Assembly: GCA_004431415.1 (NCBI GenBank)
Contig: QPMI01000530.1
Location: forward strand, 124,001 to 188,000
DNA from: Cyanophora paradoxa CCMP329
Lineage: Eukaryota; Plantae; Glaucophyta
DNA length: 64,000 nt
Direction of reading: 5' to 3'
The position numbers were made by a program, and so were the translations under genes. This document shows positions 57,401 to 64,000 of this stretch, one piece after another. Numbering within the stretch: position 1 is the first letter of the stretch; each line of letters opens with the position of its first letter. The notes under the pieces are model-generated. The model was not told where the DNA came from and searched no databases. It saw only the letters and a program-made list of their open reading frames with translations.

Positions 57401-58689
57401 ACAAGCCGGCTAGTTGCAACGTTTTGAGCAGAGAGTTTTTTTCCGGCCCGGCGGCGAGCAGTGAGAGGAGACAGCTAGAGAGAAGTGGTTCCATGCAGAA
57501 CCGCGCAAAGAAGAGCAAGGCGTACGCGGCGCACTGCAGCTGCGACGAAGCCGAAATCTAGAGGAGACAGCTAGGGAGAACTGGTTCCATGCATAACCGC
57601 GCAAGAAATTCGAAGACCGGAGTGAGGAGAAGTTCGTTTTCCCCTCGAAAACCACTTTTCCCCCTCGACTTGGACGCTCGAAAGTCGAAAGCTGACCGGT
57701 CCACCGAGCCAATCGGATCGCGAATAAAGCATCATTTTTTTTCTGGTGTTGCATACTGGACCTCGAAAACGGCCTCATAGAAAACTTTTGGCTGAAGCGA
57801 GGGAACGGGAAGCAAGGGGGGGAAGACCTTCGGTCTTCTTTTCCCCCCTTGCAATATGAGATCTAGACAGGATCGCGCCCGGCAGTTTGTCAGAGCGAGA
57901 ATTATATTCAATAATTACCGTAGTACACTCAGTACTAGCTATCGTAACTAATTATCTAATATTGGATCAAAGAGTTACGTTGCTAAATCCAGCCGATGGA
58001 AATACCATGTACTATGCAATTGTAGCTAAAAAAGTCTTTGCAATTGGAATTTACTTCAGGTCATTGTGATCCACATCTTTACATCGGGACCGTCACGTGT
58101 TGCGATGGGCGAGAAGAGCGGCGACCGTGCAGACGATCAGAGCAGCTGCAGAGAGAACCTGCATGCGCGTCGACATCAATTAGTAATATTCATGATTACT
58201 TGATGATACGCAAACAAAAATCGAAGGGATGAGACTCGAAAGAGCTTACCGCAGCCATAGAGCTGGGGGGCGCCGTCGATGTCGCAGCGCTCAAGTACGG
58301 AGAATACGGGAGAAAGTGGCCGGCGCCAGCTGGAGTCCATCGGAAAGCCTACGCATATGCATGCGCACACCGCTCCAGAGTCAAGCCAACGTTAACGTCA
58401 ACGCTCGTAACCGATCATAAGAGAAGAGATGTATATAATCGCACATTCGCAAGGACTAAGGGGATGAAAGGGGCCTGTCCAGGGGCAGCCTCGATGCGAA
58501 TATCGTACTGCGCAGCATCATGGCATCAAAATTTCGTGCGCTCAACGGATGGAGGCATTTATTCTGACGGCAGAGAAAATCGCAATTGTCTACGGACCGG
58601 AGTATTGATAGAGAATAACAGATGGCGGGCCAAGGCCTGCCGGCGCGAAGACGCTGACATCTTGGGGGCCTCTGCGATTGCAATCATCC

Positions 58690-61598
58690 GAGTTGTAGAA
58701 GGGCGGCCAACTTGAATATTAATCTAAAGAAGCACGCACTGAATCTGAGGACGACGCCCGAGCCGACCTGCTTGACGCTCACTTCCGTCGCCTGAGCTCT
58801 ATTGCCCGCCGAGTCGACGATGTAAACGGCGATTTGCTGGTCGGGCTGCCCGCGGCCGTAACGTGAACCCGTCTCAGTATCATAGCAGAATGAAAAGATC
58901 GCAAAACAATTGCAGTTGCCTGGAGAATGTTGTTCGACATCGGGACGGCAATATCGTCGACTGATCCCGTCTGCGGGCATTTAAAACTTGCGTCAAATTG
59001 AAGGCCATAGTGTCTTGCACGGTTTCCGGAGTTGTGCACTGACGCTAGCTTAACAGTACCAGGTGCACTATCTTAATTATAAAGTAGCCGACCTCGGGGG
59101 CGGAACCGAGTGCTGAGATCCCTTCCAGCTTAAGGTCCAGCTTGAAGAAGAGGGTCGCCCCGTTGCTGTCCGTGACTGCTTTGAACTTGGAGATGTTAAA
59201 CTGCACAAAGCCATTCGATCGAGTTAAATTAAAGTCAACGTCACGATCCTTGCTATAGATCCTAGTCGTTATCGTATACATAATCGGCAATAAATGCATG
59301 CGTTGATCATGATATGTATATATACCTCCATGCATATTAATCGCGCGAAATACCGCTCGCGATCGTGCGAGCTTTGAATTCAATATATTCATCGCACGCG
59401 TACGTATACGCGTGCTGCGCACCGAGAATCCGTTGACGACGACAATTGCAGAGGGAGTTGAAAACACCGGCTGCGCGAGCGTGCGAACATTGTGATTATA
59501 ATTCAGGAGCTGCAGCTGCAGCCGCAGAAAGGCCGAACCAGCGGAGGGAGAGCGGGTGGGGACGGGAGGGGCGAAGGCGCCGGGGTCGCCGATGGTACTG
59601 GCCATGGTGTGGCGCTGCGGGCGCCAGCGACAGCGCTCGTGGGCGCGGACGTCGACGCAATGGAAAAAGCAGAAGCGCTGTAATAAAATGCGAACCTCGG
59701 GACCAAATTCGAAGGGGGGGATGGGGTTGCCGTGGGAGACGCGGAAGCGGATGGAAAGACAGAGCCACCCGGAGGAGAAGGCGAAGGGGGTGCGGGGCCG
59801 GGGGCGGAGGGGGAAGGGGATGGGGAGGGGGAGGCGGAGGGGGAGGGTGAAGGGGAGGGAGAAGGGGAAGGACTTGAGGAGAGCCGCGCATAAATAATAT
59901 TAAATCAATGTATGGTACGCGTGGGGCCAAAATATCACAGAAATACCTCGGCGAAGGCGATGGGCTTGGCGTGGGACAGTACTCTGGCGCGACCGACGGA
60001 CAGCTTAGCACATTCACTTACATGCGCATGTATGCGAAAAGTTGCGGTCGCACCGACGCCAGCTGTAGCCGTCGCGTTGATGGAAGGGAGTTCGGGGTCG
60101 GGGCCATTGCTGGCAACGTCCGAAGTGAATAGGATGAGCATTCCGCTTCCGGGGGCCGTCTTATAGGAGAAGGGGTCGGAAGAAGAGCTGCTGTTTGAGC
60201 CGAGCATAGTCACAGCTCCAGGTCCGGGGCGGGCCGTTGGGTTGATTTCAAAGAACTGCCGGTCGCAAAAATGATGTCAGGTTCAAACTGAAAATTCTAG
60301 AATCTCCGCTATAGCTTTAAGATTACTCACAAAGAACGAATCACAGTAGTTTCTGACATCCGAGGTAGTTTCCGCGTTGAGAGCAAGAATTGTGAGCGTC
60401 AGTCCGGCGGTAGCTGTGCAGCCGGGGGACAGCTGTGGCCTGATGTCCCTGTTCCCATCGCGTGTCAGTTCGGCGAAGGGTTGCGTTGCCTCCGGATCCG
60501 GGCCGGGGCCAACCACATGCGCAGGTGAAAGTCTTCATATGCGCGTGGCCTACTGAATGCCGCTTGCGCCCCCGACGAGATGCTGAGAACCGTTGCGGCG
60601 AAGGACGAGGGGGTATAGTAGGTGTAGTCGTCATTCAGTGTCCCCGCAGGGCTCGCCGGCACTGCCGAACCATGATGATGATCAGTGTCGAAGCGCCTGT
60701 TACAAGGGATCGGAAGACAAGAAAAGAAATGTACGAGCAGACCACTCGAGGCCACGCTTTTGTAAGTGGCATTGAATTTGATCTCAAAATTGTCAGAGCA
60801 CGGATAAGATCCGAGGATGAGAAGCGTGTCCGCCGAGCTTGTGAATGTTGGAGGCGAGCCGGGATTGACCTGGTTGGCCAGAAGGATGGGCGAGGAGGAC
60901 GTGTTCATGTCGATGACCTAAGCACGCGTGCCGCGGTGAGCATTGATTGAATCAAAGCTTGATCACGAGCCGCTTATCATAATTTAGTAAGCTAGCGCTT
61001 TTCCTGTGCGTTGCGACCGGGAGCAACGTCTGACGTTACGTTGTTTTATGCTATATATATATATATAGTGTCCGGTTATTGAGCTTGAGGGCAAACCCGA
61101 ATGTTCATTTCCCCGGACGAAATCGAGTGGAACGTGAGCTGGACGCGATCTCCCGGGTTGGCCGCTGTTATTGTCCTGCGCATGCGCAAGCGATGACGTC
61201 GACTATCATATTTATATGCACCCGTATATATGTATGCATAGATCATCGGACTCGATCATGATCATGATCATGACTCAGTGATCATCGGATCCGGTGAGAC
61301 TTGAGTCCTGATATACTCTATGATACATGCATCGATCGCGATATCTGCGCATGTATGCGCATATGCAGGACCTAACTTAGTAGTAAATTTGAAACCTTCT
61401 GACGAACCAGACGGCCACATCACGGGCGCCAAGGGTCGGGCTTGTGCTTTCCAAGGCCACATTGGCCACGAACGAGCTGTCAGACGCGGTGGCGATGTAG
61501 CCGCCGGGAGAGAGGCCACCGGTGCCAAGCGTGAGGGCAGCGCTGGCTGAGGCGGCGACGAGGGCGATGCAAAGCGCCCTCAACAAGAGGTACGTCAT
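58690..61598 (-). CDS. Probable host multi-exon secreted/surface protein
   Basis: Signal-peptide-like MTYLLLRALCIALVAASASA at 61598; Ser/Thr-rich beta-strand-like exons (60900-60600, 60240-60030, 59250-59090, 58860-58730); 3' end uncertain. Confidence 0.45.
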
Positions 61599-61599
61599 G

Positions 61600-62125
61600 C
61601 TGCCACCGACACTGCAGTCACTGCTTCTGCTGTGCAATGTGCATGTGACGCTGCTTCTGCAGTCACTGATGAGTGTTGGGCACTGGCCAGTGGCCACAGC
61701 ACTATAGCTAGTGCCAGCCTATAGCTAGTGGCAGTGGGCACTGGGCACAGTGGGCAGCTGTTCCGTCTCCGACGTCGACGGTCAGGACTCAGGACTAGAA
61801 CTGCTGCCACACAGGCTGTGTGACACTGTGACACAGCCGGGCCCACAGCCTGGGCGGCCACAGCCTGGCAGGCCGCCGGGCTGCCAGAGCCTGCCACCGG
61901 CCCGGGGCCCAGCCTGCAGCCTGGCAGGCTGCAGGCTGCAGCGGGCCCACGTGCACAGCCTGGCAGGAGCCTGACTGCCACCGCCGCGGCGCCGGCGCCT
62001 GGGCCACAGCGCTACCGGAAGCCTGCCCACCGTGGCACAGGTGCACAGGCTGCCACCGCCTGGGCCACAGCCGCCGGGCCGCTGCGCCTGCCCACATGTA
62101 CAGCCTACAGTACTGACTGTACAGC
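61600..62125. repeat. Low-complexity CAG/CTG/cacag-rich tract
   Basis: Degenerate cagcctg/gcacag repeats. Confidence 0.6.
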
Positions 62126-64000
62126 CTCAGTACAGGGGACCGTCGCCGAGTCGGACCGTCGGACTCGGGGACACACGACGCCGTGACGACGGACAGGGCT
62201 CCCTGAGGCCCATGCGATGATCATGCATCATCATGGCATGAATCATGATGCATGCATGGGCCCGCGGTATACGTACTAGTACCGTAGTAGTAGTACGGGA
62301 CCGGACTCCTAACGGGAGCATCTTGCATTTTGATGCATACCGTAGTACTAGGCACTGAGTACGCACTGCGGGCCGGGTCTGCGGCAGTGTACTACGCACT
62401 GCGGCATGTGGATGTACTACGGTACTACCGTGGTACTAGTACGGTATCATACTTATATAATTAGTACTAATTTAGTAGTATGATTGCATACATACTATAT
62501 ATGCTGTGTATGTGCATTGCGTACCGTGCCGCGGCCGTTAACGTTGACCGTCCGGACGTGCCGCAGGCCCGCAATCCGGAAATTGGGACCGGAATCCGGA
62601 TTCCGGATATCGATATATATATATACAGTATTTCTTATACCGTGTAACACTTAACTTGTGTGACTTATTGTCGTGTCATTGTCGATTTTGGCTCTTTGTC
62701 TTATCTTTCTTCGTGCTCTTGTCTTAGTTCTTTTGCTTTTTTGTCTTTATGCCCCCTGGGCAGCCCCCGCAGTGCTGGTGTCTAGAGACTGTGGCCGGTA
62801 ATTCACCAAAAAAAAAATAACTTGTGTGACTTAAGTAATGCGCGCACTCAAGTAATGGGTAGCATTGGGTACTAGTATAGTTACCAGCTAGAGACTGTGG
62901 CCGGTAATTCACCAAAATAACAAAATGCGCATTGCGCATGCGGTACGCGGACCGTACGCCGGACCTCGCCGGTACCTAATTAATGCGTTCTTCGCTTGTC
63001 CGGGTCCAAAAACGCATTAATTTCTGGCATGGCGCATTAATTAAGTGTTAAATTGCACCGTGGCACGGTATATATAATTAAGCGAAGCTATAGCTAGCAG
63101 CCGTCCCCGGGTCCTCTCGCCGGCTCCCGGAGACTGGGCCGGAGTCCGGGACAACTACTGTAGCCTGTAGCCTGTAGCCTGTAGGACGCCATAACGGCTT
63201 AAATTGCCGTGGTGTAAAATTGCCGAATTCGCCCAAAACCGAACTCGGAATGGCCGGTGGGAGCGGCTAAGGAAATACGTACCCCCCGAGCAATTAATTG
63301 CCGTGGTGCTAAATTGCCGAATTCGGCCTGTCGGCAATTATAATTTACGGCAAACTAAAACTACGGCTAAAAAAGCCGTCCTCCAGTACGTATCTAGCTA
63401 GTAGTACCTAGTACTCGAGCTCGGGAAATCGCCGAGTCGAACCGTCAGCCATGCATATGAACCGTTAATTCCGAAAATGTTAACCTTCAATTGCAACAGG
63501 CTTCAAGCCTCGAGGCCCTCGATCGATCCGGCCCGCGGCGGCGCGGCCTCCGGATCCGAGGCTCCGACTCCGAGGCTCGCGGTGCGTGACGGTTCGATCT
63601 TCGGATTTCCGGACTTCGGAATTCGGAAATCTGCATGGCAGTCGGCAAAAAGTAAAACAGCTGGTACCCGTCTGGATTGCGATCCGAGCCTCTCATATGC
63701 ATAGTATCTCTCTCTGATTATAAATCTCGGTAATTCCGCAAGGGAGCGCATTCTTGCCAAGTTGAATTCGAAGCTTAAGCTCGCTTTACCGCTGCGGCAT
63801 CGCAGCGAAGCTATAGCTAGGCGCCGTCAACGTCGCCCTTCGAATTCCGCCGGGCTTCCCACCTGATCATGACACTCTTCACGTTCATCTGGTGCTCTGA
63901 CTCTAGATCTGATCATAATTAATATAATTCTTACGATCCCGGCCCTTCCCCTGATTCATGTAGAGCCTCGCCCTGTATTAGGCTCAAAATGTCGGACTCC

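Noticed and set aside
62620-63420. Possible Tc1/MITE-like element starting TA|CAGTA with short internal direct repeats
   Set aside because: No matching terminal inverted repeat or transposase found in the window

Overview
GC-rich, intron-dense eukaryotic (protist/algal-style) DNA carrying a 38.5-kb AT-rich endogenous viral region (14254-52743) that resolves into two nested, integrase-encoding Polinton-like (double-jelly-roll) proviruses. The outer element (~26.9 kb without the insert) has ~150-bp TIRs that each begin with a perfect 28-bp hairpin, and a 6-bp CGCGCG duplication. It encodes an rve integrase, a protein-primed PolB with eroded exonuclease motifs, an AEP/D5 primase-helicase, an A32-like packaging ATPase, a PD-(D/E)xK nuclease, a major capsid protein, two pentons, a patatin-discoidin fusion, a ~2100-aa fibre protein, two tandem paralogues and an AdoMet decarboxylase. 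The inner element (32668-44270, 11.6 kb; AG...CT ends; GAGCTC duplication) sits inside the outer fibre gene, whose frame is restored on excision. It encodes an ATPase, MCP, penton, a PolB-like/SF1-helicase/HNH fusion and its own integrase. The two elements share a gapless 84-nt non-coding box, other control-region motifs and Mimivirus-type AAAATTGA motifs upstream of their helicase genes. No maturation protease was recognised in either. Many viral genes carry small frameshifts (decay or long-read error). The host flanks hold a micro-exon-rich hybrid histidine kinase with two receiver domains (1-12856) and poorly defined minus-strand genes on the right. All product calls come from motif recognition by eye; no searches were run.
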